This document shows positions 20,923 through 31,671 of a stretch of DNA of 64,000 bases, piece after piece. The notes beneath the pieces were generated by a model, which was given only the letters and a program-made list of their open reading frames with translations, was not told the origin of the DNA and searched no databases. The translations under genes were made by a program, and so were the position numbers. This DNA is from Chloroflexota bacterium (lineage in GTDB: Bacteria > Chloroflexota > UBA6077 > JACCZL01), in assembly GCA_030447245.1 (NCBI GenBank), contig JAUJPG010000022.1:21885-85884 (forward strand), in the 5' to 3' direction. The first letter of the stretch is position 1; every line of letters begins with the position of its first letter.

Positions 20923-22130
20923 TCAGGCGCCGCCCGGCCCCTGGCGCGCCGCCTTGGCGAGTACCGGCGCGGCCTCGCGTGGCTCGCCTGGCGTGGCGAT
21001 TCGGTGGACGATCCGCTTCGCCCGGAGGGCCGCTTCGGCAGCCGCGAAGTAGTCGCGCACGTCCCCCTGGGTGGCGATCCAGCGAACGTACTGGCCAATG
21101 CCCTCGGCCAGCTCGACCCGCGGCTCGTAGCCGGCCGTCCGAGCCAGGCTAATATCCGAGGTCAGGTGGCGCATCTCGCCGGGCCGGAACTCCCCGCGCG
21201 CGAGCGGCTCGATCGGCGTCCCGAGCGCCGCGCCTACGAGCTGGCCGATCTCGCGCACGGTGGTCGCCCGGCCGCTCCCGACGTTGACCGGCTGGCCGTC
21301 GAGCACGTCGGTCGTGGCAGCCAGCAGGTTCGCCCGGGCGACGTCCTCGACGAAGCAGAGGTCGCGGGTCTGCGCGCCATCCTCGTAGAGGATCGGCGGC
21401 AAGCCGTTCAGCAGCCGCGTCGCGAAAATCGCGATCACGCCAGTGTACGGGTTGAAGATCGACTGGCGGGGGCCGTAGGTGCAAGAGTAGCGGAGCGCGA
21501 CGGTCGGGATACCGGTCTGGCGGCCCCAGGAGAGCGTCAGCCGCTCCTGGTCAACCTTCGTGAGCGCGTAGACCGTCTCGCCGCCGAGCGGAGCCTGCTC
21601 GGGCGTCGGCACCGACGTGGTGACCGCGTCGCAGCGCGGGCAGTGGACGGCGTAATCGCCGCGCTGGAGCTGGGCTAGTGGCCGCGCCGCCGGGAAGACC
21701 AGCCCGTGCGTCGGACAAGTTCCCGCACCCTCCTGGTAGACGGCCTGCGACGACGCCACGATGACCTTGCGGACCGGCAGGTTCTCGTCGCGGATGATCT
21801 CGAGGAGCTGGGCCGTCCCGAAGCTGTTGACGTGGACGTACTTGGCCATCTCCGGCATGTAGCCGCCGTAGGCCGCCTGGTGGAAGACCACGTCGATGTC
21901 GTCAAGGGCATCGCGCACGGCAGCCCCGTCTCGGATATCGGCCGTGCGAAACTCGGCGGCCTCGGGGATCCAGGCGGCCGCCCGAGCCCGTGGGTCTGTG
22001 GCTCCAGGTTGTCGAGAATCCGGACCGACCATCCGTCGCGGTTGATGAGGTCGGCAAGGTGCGAGGCGATCAGGTCGGCGCAGCCTGTGACGAGCGCGCG
22101 GCGATCGTGGCGAGGGGTGGTCGTGATCAT
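20923..22130 (-). CDS. NAD-dependent epimerase/dehydratase with CPxHG...CPxC insert (frameshift near 21990)
   Basis: VFHQAA, VASSQAVY, YALTK (YxxxK), YGPRQS, QTRDLCFVEDVARAN. Confidence 0.88.
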
Positions 22131-22214
22131 GTCTGAGACATCCCAGGGTCAGTCGTGAGCGAGATGATTGCCTCGTGCAGAATCAGACGAAATGGTAGGT
22201 TAGGTCGTCCGAAG

Positions 22215-22234
22215 GGGCACGGCATGCCGTGCCC
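22215..22234. repeat. REP-like perfect palindrome
   Basis: GGGCACGGCATGCCGTGCCC followed by partial copy TGCCGTGCCCC. Confidence 0.6.
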
Positions 22235-22329
22235 AACCTGCCGTGCCCCGACCAACGGGAACGCCGGGCATCCGGTCTGATTGTGCATGAGGTCGTAGGG
22301 TGAGGCGTGGGCCGGCAAGTCTATCGTCG

Positions 22330-23139
22330 TCACGATGTGATATCAGCGTACGACGTGGCTCGGTAGGTCCTTCGGGCAGGGACGGTCGACGCCCCGGTCG
22401 GCTCGGCCTGGCCGTTCGGGACGGGTCGGCCGAGCCGCTCGAGCGCGACGCGCGTAACGGGCAGGTCGTCGCGCCCGGCGACGAGCGCTGCCAACCGGTC
22501 GAGATCAGCGACTTCGTCTACGTCGAACGTTGGTGCGACGAACGCGATCGAAAGCCCGAGCCCTTCGGCGTGGGCGACGATCTCGGCCACGACGGTGCGG
22601 GTGCTCATCGCGACGCCATCGAGCACCCGCCAGGGTCCCCGCATGCCGACGAGATAGTAGCCCCCGTCCTCAACCAGGCCGAGCACCAGGTCGTGGCGTT
22701 CGAGCAGGGCGAACGCCTCGGCCACGATCTCCAACGTCAGGTGGGGAGTGTCCGACGCGACCAGGATCGTGCGCGTCTCGCCACGCGCGGCGGCTCCAAG
22801 GAAGAGTGCCTGCTGGCGCTCGCCCCAACTGCCCTCGCCCTGGATCAGCACCGGGCCGGCCGGCGCGAGCGAGCTGAGCAAGTACCCGGCCGACCGCTCA
22901 TCGTGTTGCCCGTTCGGCCGCTCTGATGGGCGGATCAGTGGGCCGATGTCGTCCCAGGCGTCCGCCGGCGTGATGTACCACCCGACGGCAAACGGCGCGG
23001 AAGCAAAGCGCGCCGCCAGGTCCCGCAGAAAGGCGATGTACAACTCGACGGCCCGCTCGTGGCCGATCGCGCGACCGAGGCGGGTCTTGGCGAAACCGGC
23101 CCGGGGCGCGCGGGCCGCGACGTAGAGGACCGCGCTCAT
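22330..23139 (-). CDS. DUF2064 / TIGR04282 family transferase
   Basis: ARAPRAGFAKTRLG, QGEGSWGER, SDTPHL, GLVEDGGYYLVG, FDVDEVADL; ATGA overlap with upstream GT2. Confidence 0.9.
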   Translation of the reverse strand: MSAVLYVAARAPRAGFAKTRLGRAIGHERAVELYIAFLRDLAARFASAPFAVGWYITPADAWDDIGPLIRPSERPNGQHDERSAGYLLSSLAPAGPVLIQGEGSWGERQQALFLGAAARGETRTILVASDTPHLTLEIVAEAFALLERHDLVLGLVEDGGYYLVGMRGPWRVLDGVAMSTRTVVAEIVAHAEGLGLSIAFVAPTFDVDEVADLDRLAALVAGRDDLPVTRVALERLGRPVPNGQAEPTGASTVPARRTYRATSYADITS

Positions 23140-23897
23140 CGCGGGCCGCCCGGCGCGCGGGGCGCGGCGCTGGCGGCTGGGGACCAGTGCCAGTAGCGGA
23201 ACGTCGTTGCCAGGATGCTCCAGCCGGCTCGGACGCTCCCGCTGACCGTTCCTGCGACCTTCGAGATGCCGATCCGCGCGTGGTAGGTCACCGGAACCTC
23301 CTGGTAGCGGAGGCCGGCTCGCGCCGTCTTGACCATCATCTCGACCGACCAGCCGTAGGTCATCTCGCGCATGTTCAACGCGAGCAGGTCCGCGCGGCGG
23401 ATTGCTCGAAACGGGCCGAGGTCGGTGACCGCGACGCCGTAGAGGGCGCGCATGATCGTGGCGGCGAGCCGGTTGCCGAACACCTGATGCGGGCTCATCG
23501 AGCCGGGATCGCGCGCCCCGAGCGCACGCGAGCCAACCACCAGATCGGCCCGGCCAGCGAGCAGCGGCGCGAGGACGCGCGGCAGATCGTCCGGGTCGTC
23601 GGCGGCATCGCCGTCGAGCAGGACGATCACCTCGGCGTCGCTGGCAGCAAGCACGCCGGCCCGACAGGCGTAGCCGTACCCGCGTCGTGGCTCGACGACG
23701 ACGGTCGCGCCGGCCTCGCGCGCGATGGCCGCGGTGTCGTCGCTCGACCCGTTGTCGACGACGACGATGCTCGCGAGGGGAACGGCGGTCTGGCGACGAA
23801 GCCCGCGCACGACCTGACCGATCGACGGCGCCTCGTTGAGCGCCGGAATGACCGCCGCAATGCATGGCCCGCCCGCCTGCTCCCTGGCCGACACCAT
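23136..23897 (-). CDS. Glycosyltransferase family 2 (polyprenol-phosphate sugar synthase-like)
   Basis: IPALNEA, VVDNGSSD, GYGYAC, LDGDAADDP, TDLGPFRAI. Confidence 0.92.
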   Translation of the reverse strand: MVSAREQAGGPCIAAVIPALNEAPSIGQVVRGLRRQTAVPLASIVVVDNGSSDDTAAIAREAGATVVVEPRRGYGYACRAGVLAASDAEVIVLLDGDAADDPDDLPRVLAPLLAGRADLVVGSRALGARDPGSMSPHQVFGNRLAATIMRALYGVAVTDLGPFRAIRRADLLALNMREMTYGWSVEMMVKTARAGLRYQEVPVTYHARIGISKVAGTVSGSVRAGWSILATTFRYWHWSPAASAAPRAPGGPR

Positions 23898-24160
23898 CGC
23901 CTCGGGGCCTCTGGCACGCTCGTCAATCCTCAAGTCACCTCCAGCGCCCGTTCACCGCGGTGCCGCGATCGGGGACTGGCAAACCGCGTCATTGGTCGTG
24001 CCCTGGCCTCGCTCTGCCCGAACCCGCTCTGATGGTAGCAGTCAGTTCTTGCGAAATCCTTACTGACACCGTTGCAATCTCAAGAGTCCGGCTGATGGCC
24101 ACTTCACGTAGCAGTCCTTTCGTCGTCGACCCATCGCCAGCCTCTTCGAAGACGGTCTAT

Positions 24161-24199
24161 CGCGCGTTGACCATAACAGTCAACGCGCGTTGACCATAA
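24161..24199. promoter_or_regulatory. Nested inverted/direct repeat in divergent promoter region (putative operator)
   Basis: CGCGCGTTGAC-N7-GTCAACGCGCG; 16-mer CGCGCGTTGACCATAA repeated at 24161 and 24184. Confidence 0.55.
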
Positions 24200-24295
24200 T
24201 GGCTACCATCACGGCAAGTGACCCGCAAGCTGATAGGCATGGTCTCGGCAGCACGGCCCAGGCAGATGACGGGCGATGTCTCCCAGGAGGTTCCG

Positions 24296-25192
24296 ATGCG
24301 CTTAGTGACCTTCCTCGCCTCCGACCAGCCTCGTCTCGGCGCATTGCTCGACGACTCCGTGCTCGACTTGAACCGCGCGGACGCCACGCTTCCGACCGAT
24401 GCTCTGGCGCTGCTCCAGGGCGGTCCATCTCTACTGGACCGGGCGCGGCGTGCCCTGGGGAGCGCGATCTCAAAGCGCAGCGCCGTGGTGCCGCTGGCCG
24501 AGGTGAAACTGCTCGCACCGATTCCGCGACCACCCAAGATCATCTGCATCGGCTTGAACTACGCCGACCACGCGGAGGAGGCGGGGCTGGCGATCCCCGC
24601 TCGGCCGAGCGTGTTCCTGAAGGCTCCTTCCACAGTGATTGGTCCGGGCGAGCCGATTGTCCGCCCGACGACCACCGAGCAGCTCGACTACGAGATCGAG
24701 CTCGCGGTCGTGATCGGACAGCAGGCGAAGGCGGTGGCACGCGAGCGCGCGATGGACTGCGTGGCCGGGTACACGATCCTGCATGACGTGAGCGCCCGTG
24801 ATCTCCAATTCGCGAAGGATGGCGGCATCATCCTGGGCAAGAACTTCGACACGGCATCTCCCATCGGACCGTACCTCGTGCTGACTGACGAGCTGCGCGA
24901 TCCGACCACTCTGGGCCTCAGAACCTGGGTCAACGGGCAGCTTCGCCAGGATGGGAACACGCGCAATCTCATCTTTGACATTCCGGGCATCATCAGCTTC
25001 CTGAGCCAGCAGCTCACGCTCGAGCCCGGCGACGTGATCGCAACCGGCACGCCCGCGGGTGTTGGTTTGGGGATTATGCCGCAATCGTGGCTGCAGCCCG
25101 GGGACAGCGTGCGGATGGAGATCGACGGGCTGGGGGTGCTGGAGAACCCGGTGGTCGGCAGCTCATCCGTAAGAGCCGCGAGCGCGGGGTAA
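24296..25192 (+). CDS. Fumarylacetoacetate hydrolase family protein
   Basis: KIICIGLNYADH, DYEIELAVVIG, DVSARD, GDVIATGTPAGVG; AGGAGG RBS. Confidence 0.93.
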   Translation: MRLVTFLASDQPRLGALLDDSVLDLNRADATLPTDALALLQGGPSLLDRARRALGSAISKRSAVVPLAEVKLLAPIPRPPKIICIGLNYADHAEEAGLAIPARPSVFLKAPSTVIGPGEPIVRPTTTEQLDYEIELAVVIGQQAKAVARERAMDCVAGYTILHDVSARDLQFAKDGGIILGKNFDTASPIGPYLVLTDELRDPTTLGLRTWVNGQLRQDGNTRNLIFDIPGIISFLSQQLTLEPGDVIATGTPAGVGLGIMPQSWLQPGDSVRMEIDGLGVLENPVVGSSSVRAASAG

Positions 25193-25235
25193 CGGGGGAC
25201 GCTCGGGTTGCTGTCGTCCGGGCATGGCGCTCGGC

Positions 25236-26888
25236 TTAGGATCCCGCGCGGTGCTGGCGGTAGCGGCGGATCAGCATGTTGGTGGAGCTGTCGTGGGCGA
25301 GCGGCGGGTCGGCTGCGGCCTGGAGCTCCGGGGTGATCTCGAGGGCGAGCGCCTTGCCGAGCTCGACGCCCCATTGATCGAAGGCGTTGATCTGCCAGAT
25401 GGCGGCCTGGACGAACACCTTGTGCTCGTACAGGGCGACGAGCTTGCCGAGCGTCTCCGGGGTCATGCGCTCGGCGAGCAGCGTGTTGGTGGGACGGTTG
25501 CCGTCGAAGGCACGGTGGGGGATCAGCGGATCTGAGACGCCTTCGGCCGCGAGCTCCTGGGCGGTCTTGCCGAAGGCGAGCGCCTCGGTCTGGGCGAAGA
25601 GGTTCGCCATCAAGAGGTCGTGGTGGGGCGCGAGGGGATTGAGCGACTGGCAGAAGCCGATGAAGTCGCAGGGGACCAGGCGGGTGCCCTGGTGGATGAG
25701 CTGGTAGAAGGCGTGCTGGCCGTTGGTCCCGGGCTGACCCCAGACGATCGGGCCGGTGTCGTAGCTGACCGCGCGGCCCTGGAGGTTGACGTGCTTGCCG
25801 TTGCTCTCCATGTCGAGCTGCTGGAGGTAGGCCGGCAGGCGGCCGAGGTACTGGTCGTAGGGCAGGACGGCAACGGTCTCGGCGCCGAAGAAGTTCGTGT
25901 ACCAGAGGCCGATCAGGCCGAGGAGGACCGGCAGGTTACGGGCGAACGGGGTCGTTCGGAAATGCGCGTCCATGGCGTGGAAGCCGGCGAGCATCTGGCG
26001 GAAGTGATCGGGCCCAATGGCCAGCATGAGTGACATGCCGATCGCCGAGGGCAGCGAGTAGCGGCCGCCAACCCAGTCCCAGAAGGGAAACATGTTGGCC
26101 GGATCGATGCCGAACCGCGCGACGTCCGCCGCGTTGGTCGAGACGGCGACGAAGTGCCTGGCGACGGCCTGCTCGTCGCCCAGGGCACGGAGGCACCAGT
26201 CGCGGGCGGTGCGCGCATTGGTGAGGGTTTCGAGGGTGGTAAACGTCTTCGACGAGACGACGAAGAGCGTCTCGGCAGGGTCGAGGTCGCGGGTGGCTTC
26301 AGCAAAGTCGGTCCCGTCGACGTTGGAGACGAAGCGGAAGGTCAGATCGCGGTCGCTGTACCCTCGCAGCGCCTCGTAAGCCATCGCCGGGCCGAGGTCC
26401 GAGCCGCCTATACCGATGTTGACCACGTTGCGGATGCGCCGGCCGGTCTGGCCGCGCCAGGCCCCGCTCCGAACGCGGTTGGTGAAGTCGGCCATGCGAT
26501 CCAGGACCGCGTGGACGAGCGGGACAACGTCCTGGCCGTCTACGACGATTGACTGGCCGCGGGGTGCGCGGAGGGCGACGTGAAGAACGGCGCGGCCCTC
26601 GGTCAGGTTGATCGGCTCGCCGCGGAACATGGCGTCGACGCGGGCGCGGAGGCCCGATTCTTCGGCGAGCTGGAGGAGCAGCCCGATCGTCGCATCGGTC
26701 AGACGGTTCTTGGAATAGTCGAGATAGAGGCCAATTGCCTCGAGTGCCAGGCGCTCACCCCGTTCGGGATCCTGGGCGAAGAGCGTCCGCAGATGGACAG
26801 ACCGGATCTCGCGGTGGTGCGCCTGGAGGGCGGTCCAGGCGGGGCGTTCGGTGAGCGGGATCGGCGGGTTGGGCATCTGGGCGGCCAT
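25236..26888 (-). CDS. pgi: Glucose-6-phosphate isomerase
   Basis: [54 protein letters not shown]. Confidence 0.97.
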   Translation of the reverse strand: MAAQMPNPPIPLTERPAWTALQAHHREIRSVHLRTLFAQDPERGERLALEAIGLYLDYSKNRLTDATIGLLLQLAEESGLRARVDAMFRGEPINLTEGRAVLHVALRAPRGQSIVVDGQDVVPLVHAVLDRMADFTNRVRSGAWRGQTGRRIRNVVNIGIGGSDLGPAMAYEALRGYSDRDLTFRFVSNVDGTDFAEATRDLDPAETLFVVSSKTFTTLETLTNARTARDWCLRALGDEQAVARHFVAVSTNAADVARFGIDPANMFPFWDWVGGRYSLPSAIGMSLMLAIGPDHFRQMLAGFHAMDAHFRTTPFARNLPVLLGLIGLWYTNFFGAETVAVLPYDQYLGRLPAYLQQLDMESNGKHVNLQGRAVSYDTGPIVWGQPGTNGQHAFYQLIHQGTRLVPCDFIGFCQSLNPLAPHHDLLMANLFAQTEALAFGKTAQELAAEGVSDPLIPHRAFDGNRPTNTLLAERMTPETLGKLVALYEHKVFVQAAIWQINAFDQWGVELGKALALEITPELQAAADPPLAHDSSTNMLIRRYRQHRAGS

Positions 26889-27013
26889 GCTGGTGTCCTC
26901 CTGTAGAACGGGGCACTGGGTGATGCTGCCACACTCGGGCGGCACGCGGCGTCCAGGGCTCCGGGGGCGGCGCGGCGATCGACCGGGAGAATGTGAAGGC
27001 GCCACCCGCGCCC

Positions 27014-28091
27014 TGTAGTTAGCCAGCAAGAATGTCCGCTTGGTGCGCCAGCAAGAATGTCCGCCCGTGCACCGATGGTTCTCGGTGTCTTGCGCGCCGA
27101 TCTGTCGCGCCAGGTCCGTCGATTGGTGCGCGGCTGGAGGGTCGGCGGGGAGGCGGGGGCGTTGGGCTATCAGCGCGTCGGCGCCGAATCGGACCGGAGG
27201 TGCGGGCGGCGGCGCGGGCGGGGCGCACCCGCGCTGGAGCGCGCAAGCGATCTGGGAAGAGCTGGAGGCGGTTGCGCTGGTCGCGAGCGCTGGGCCCGTG
27301 GCAGGCGGCCCCGGGGACGCCCCGGTCGCGGCGGCGCGGCGGTTGCCGCGGGGACGATGGCTGCCCCCAGTGGCTCGCAGGCCGTCGGATGGCCTACGTG
27401 ATCGTGCTGCTGGACGACTACTCGCGGGCGATCCTGGCCGCCCCGGGCGATCACGGCCGACTCGAGCTGGCAGAACCTGCGGGTGCTGGAGCAAGGCGTG
27501 GGGCGGTACGGGCCGCCGCGGGTGCTGTACAGCGACAATATCTTCCGGCGCTCGATCTTCGTCTATCGTGCCGATGGCGGCACGAACTGGCGCGCGCGCT
27601 CGGCGAGGCGGTTTCGCCACACCCCGGCAACGCCCGCGCCGCAAGCTGGGCCTGGGCTTCTTCCAAGAGCGTGCTCGCCGACGGGCCTACCCGGGTGGCG
27701 CTCAACGCCCTGATGCCTGGCCATCGCCCGCCATCGACGGACGGCTGCGTCGGCGGCACGCCCTCATGCTCTGCCACGTCGGCGACGTGTGCGCCCTGTC
27801 GCAAGGTCGCCGACCACACCATCTCGCTCGACGGCGAATCGATCGCCCGCGGCCAAGCCTGGTCGCCTCGGGACGGTTGGGCCGCCTGGGACCGTCGCCG
27901 AGGCAACAACGCGCGCGCCGCAGCGTCCGACCTGCTGGCATCCTGCCCCAGCTGGAGCCCAAGCACCGTGCCGCGGGCGGGCGAGCGGGCTCGCGGCCGC
28001 CGCCCAGGTGGGCCCGTCCAGCGACGCCCGACGTAAGGCTGCCCCTCGACATTCTACCTGGCGTAAGAATGCGGACATTCCTGGTACTACA
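27014..28091 (+). mobile_element. IS481/IS1202-type element (TGT...ACA ends), internally garbled transposase
   Basis: 6-bp TSD GCGCCC at 27008-27013 and 28092-28097; repeat GCCAGCAAGAATGTCCGC twice at left end with inverted GCGGACATTC at right; motifs [32 protein letters not shown]. Confidence 0.85.
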
Positions 28092-28134
28092 GCGCCCTTG
28101 ACACAGAACGCCCTGGATGGGTACGGAGGACGAC

Positions 28135-29230
28135 GTGCACCATTTCTCTGTCTTGCGCGCCGATCTGTCGGCGCTCGATTCTGTCGACCGAGCTGGGCGG
28201 CTGGGGGCGGCGGTTGCGCTGGTCGCGAGCGTGCTTCCGCGGCGACCTGCCCCCACGATCTGGCTGCGTCGATCGATGCCCACCCGGGCGGAAGGCGGCG
28301 ATCATTCAGGGCTACAACGGCGGCACCCACGGGGGAGCAGCCAATACGGGTGATCTTGTCCTTGCCGATGGCGGCACGAGCGGCGGCACGCAGGTGGTTT
28401 CGCCAATCGAAGGCTCGGGCCTGGGCATGCCGGGGTGGGCAACGGATGCCTGGCCATCGCCTTCCGCGACGGCTACAGCCTCATGCTCTGCCACGTGGTT
28501 CTGTCGCGTGCGTATCGCGCGCGGATCGCCCGCGGAGTCGCTCGGGACGGTTGGGCCGCCTGGGACCGTAGGCAACAACGGCGCAGTGGAACTGCGTTCC
28601 GTTCAGCGCGCCCGACGGGCTGCCCTCGAGGGCGTGTCCCTGGCCGCCTCGGGAGGGTACAGCGAGCACAGCGGCGGGAGCCGATTCTGTCGACGACGGG
28701 CGGGGCGGCGGGGCGGTACTCTCCGCGAGCACCCTGGGCCGGCACGCCCGGTGGAGATCGGGTCAGTGGCGTCCGCGGCGCCCGCGGCGCTAGGCGGCGG
28801 TCGTCCGAGGAACCGAGTCGTGCCTGAACGTGCGCAAGGAGCCGTCGACCCGGGCTTCGCTCCTTGGTTGTCTCCCGGAAGGTACGGCGGGCGCCATGGC
28901 CGTGGGGCCCAAGCGCGGCGCGGGGTTCGCCTGGTACGGGTTCGCGCGGGCCCAGTGGGGGGCGGCGGGCGGGGGGGTGGGGGGGGAGTCCCTGCGGCCC
29001 GGGCCCCCGCGGGCGCGCCCGCGGCAGGCTGGAGTAATGAGCGGGGAGATGCTGGCCGCGGAGGTTGGGCCCGCGGGGGCGCCGGCGGCCGACGTGCTGG
29101 GACGCGACGGCCAGGGATCCGGCGACGGACGCTGCTGGGTGGGCCGCGCCACGAGGTGCAACTGACCGCCGCCAAGGACGTGCGTGCCCGGCGTTTCTTA
29201 CTCCCTGGCGAGGTTCTGAGAGCGGCTCAG
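28135..29230 (+). pseudogene. Secreted M23-peptidase-like + SH3b protein, heavily frameshifted; 3' end uncertain
   Basis: GGAGGA RBS then GTG; pieces across frames IIQGYNGGTH, DLVLADGGTSG, GNGCLAI..MLCHV, LGTVGPPGTVGNNG, CLNVRKEPS...GCLPEGT...GP....FAWY. Confidence 0.6.
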
Positions 29231-29265
29231 TTGAGGTGGATCTGGCTGGCCGGGGCTCGCGGGCG

Positions 29266-30009
29266 GTGATCGAGCGGGAGCGGCGGGGGCAGGTTGCCCT
29301 GGTGCGGCTGGCCGTGCCGCCGTTGAATCTGCTGGGCTCCGGGATGGTGGCGGCGCTGGCCGAGGCGTTCCGGGAGCAGGCCAGGGAGCGGCCGAGCGTG
29401 GTGGTGCTGTTCTGCGCTGGGGCGGGGGCCGACGTGCGGGAGATGGCGGGGTTCGACGCGGCGAGCGCGCGGGCGTTCATCACCGCGCTGCACCGGGCGT
29501 GCGCGCTGATCCGCGAGCTGGACGCGCCGGTCATCGCCGCCATCGACGGGCCATGTCTCGGGGCGCACCTGGAGGTGGCCGCGGCGTGCGACCTGCGCGT
29601 GGCTACGACCCGCTCGCGGCTCGGCATGCCCGAGGTGAGGATCGGCATCCCGAGCGTGATCGACGCGTACTGGCTGACGCTGGTGTGCGGGCTGGGCAAC
29701 GCGAGCGCACTCGTCTTCGAGGGTGAGCCGATCTCGGCGGCCGAGGCGTTGCGGATCGGGCTCGTCAACCGGGTTGCGCCGAACGGGACGCTGGAGGGCG
29801 CGGCGCTGGGCTGGGCCGAGACCATCGCGCGGGCGTCGCCGGTGGCGCTCGCGCAGCAGAAGCGGGTGCTGCGCGACTGGACCGACGCGGCGTATCGCGA
29901 GGCAGCGCGGGCGAGCATCGAACGGTTCGTCGAGACGGTCGAGGCCGGCGAATTTCGCGAGTCGATGTCGGCGATGCTGGAGAAGCGCGCACCGCGCTTG
30001 GACAGGTAG
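29266..30009 (+). CDS. Enoyl-CoA hydratase/isomerase family protein
   Basis: AGADVREM, IAAIDGPCLGAHLE, CDLRVA, GMPEVRIGI, ISAAEALRIGLVN. Confidence 0.92.
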   Translation: MIERERRGQVALVRLAVPPLNLLGSGMVAALAEAFREQARERPSVVVLFCAGAGADVREMAGFDAASARAFITALHRACALIRELDAPVIAAIDGPCLGAHLEVAAACDLRVATTRSRLGMPEVRIGIPSVIDAYWLTLVCGLGNASALVFEGEPISAAEALRIGLVNRVAPNGTLEGAALGWAETIARASPVALAQQKRVLRDWTDAAYREAARASIERFVETVEAGEFRESMSAMLEKRAPRLDR

Positions 30010-30255
30010 CTCGCGTCGTCACTTACCTGCCGCCGCGGATCGGGCAGCGGGACGTGGAGAACCTCGTACTCGGCGGACAAGAGCGCGGGGCCACACCCCT
30101 CAGCACCAATCCGAGCGTAGAATCCGCACCTCGGGGCTAGTATGATTGACCAGCTCCGTTGGGTGGAGGTGCCGAGCGGCCCCAGGTGTTTGCTGGTTCA
30201 ACTCTCCGACGAGATCCCGGAGCTCCCCGTCAACGGAAGCGAGGCACTGGATTCG

Positions 30256-31404
30256 ATGCGATTCCACACGTTGCGCGGCAGCCTCGTGGTAGTCGGACTG
30301 CTGCTGGCCTCGCTCGGGCCGGCCTGGTGGGGGAACGTGCCGACGGCGCGTGGTCAGGAGAAATGGGAGCTCACCGGCCTCGCCGGACCAGTCGAGCAGC
30401 TTTATACTCCGGCCAGCGGTGCGTTCTTGGCACGGACGCAGGGCAGTCTGTACAGGAGCGACGACGGCGGCGCGAGCTGGGTGCCCGTCTCGCTGCCACC
30501 GCCCCCGGCCGATCCGGCGCGGATACGCGTGGAAGTCGATCCGACGAACCACGACGTGCTGTACGCGAGCGGTGCGGAAGGGCTGTACCGCAGTCCTGAC
30601 GGCGGAGCCAGCTGGGGTCTCCTGCTTCCGACCGACGACCGGACCGTCGCGGCCGTCGCGGTCAGTTCGGCCGATCCGAGGCTGGTGTACGTCGGCCTCA
30701 CGAGCTACAGCCACTTCTGGTTCCTGCGAAGCCGGGACGCGGGTGCCACCTGGGAGCCGCTCGAGGAGGTCTTCAACAGCCTGTGCGCCTGGGGCGTGCG
30801 GATCCTCGAGCCGCATTCGACCGATCCGGACCGCCTCTTTCGCACCGCGAGCTGCTACGCCGGCCGCGACTTCTGGGACGAGCTCGCCGAGAGCCGCGAC
30901 CAGGGCGTGACCTGGACCACGCGGTTCGGGTCCAACCAGGCGGCAGAACCGGAGTTCGCCTTCCCCGACGATCTGGTGGGCGGGCGCGGGGCGGTGCCGG
31001 GGCACTTCTACCTGGCCGCCCAGCGCGATTTCCGCGAGGGCGGCAGCTCCCTGTTCCGGAGCGACGACGACGCGGCCAGCTGGGCCGAAGTCCTGGCCTT
31101 CCGCGGCGGGGGGAGCTACCGCGAGCCCGACGCGCCGAACGTGCGCATCGGGGGGCTGGCCTACGATCCCGACCAGCCGGATCGCGTCTACGTCGCCTTG
31201 AACCGGACCCTCGGTTCGGCCTCGGACCAGACCTGGCTGGGCAGCCTGGCGCTGGTCAGTGCTGATGGCGGGGCGAGCTGGTCAGACCTGGCCGAGCAGG
31301 ACCTGGGTCGCGTGGCCGACCTGGCGCTCGGCATCGACGGGCAGAACCTCTACGCTGCCACCGATCGCGGGCTCCGGCGCCTGCGCCTGATCCCCCCGCC
31401 ATAG
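30256..31404 (+). CDS. Secreted BNR/Asp-box beta-propeller protein
   Basis: Signal peptide and repeated SxDGGxSW Asp-boxes. Confidence 0.85.
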   Translation: MRFHTLRGSLVVVGLLLASLGPAWWGNVPTARGQEKWELTGLAGPVEQLYTPASGAFLARTQGSLYRSDDGGASWVPVSLPPPPADPARIRVEVDPTNHDVLYASGAEGLYRSPDGGASWGLLLPTDDRTVAAVAVSSADPRLVYVGLTSYSHFWFLRSRDAGATWEPLEEVFNSLCAWGVRILEPHSTDPDRLFRTASCYAGRDFWDELAESRDQGVTWTTRFGSNQAAEPEFAFPDDLVGGRGAVPGHFYLAAQRDFREGGSSLFRSDDDAASWAEVLAFRGGGSYREPDAPNVRIGGLAYDPDQPDRVYVALNRTLGSASDQTWLGSLALVSADGGASWSDLAEQDLGRVADLALGIDGQNLYAATDRGLRRLRLIPPP

Positions 31405-31671
31405 CCGCCCAAGCCGCGGGCCCCCCGCGGCCGGCACACGCGCATGCACGAGGGCCACTCCTTCGATTGGAGGGGCAGGATCGGCGCTTCGTGTGTCTAA
31501 ACCAGAGCCACCCTGGGAGCTACATGGTCCAAGAACGGAAGTATGTGGGTTTCACCGTAGCGTTGGTGTAGGAGGCCGGGTCACAGATACCGAGAACCAC
31601 AACCAGTTGTGGGTTGGTGTGGTCGAGCACTACTACGGCGTGTATGTTCGGAGACCTGAGACCCAACCTCT

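Noticed and set aside
27066..28580. Paired similar segments as a DGR template and variable repeat
   Set aside because: Differences are large indels rather than adenine-specific substitutions, and there is no reverse transcriptase
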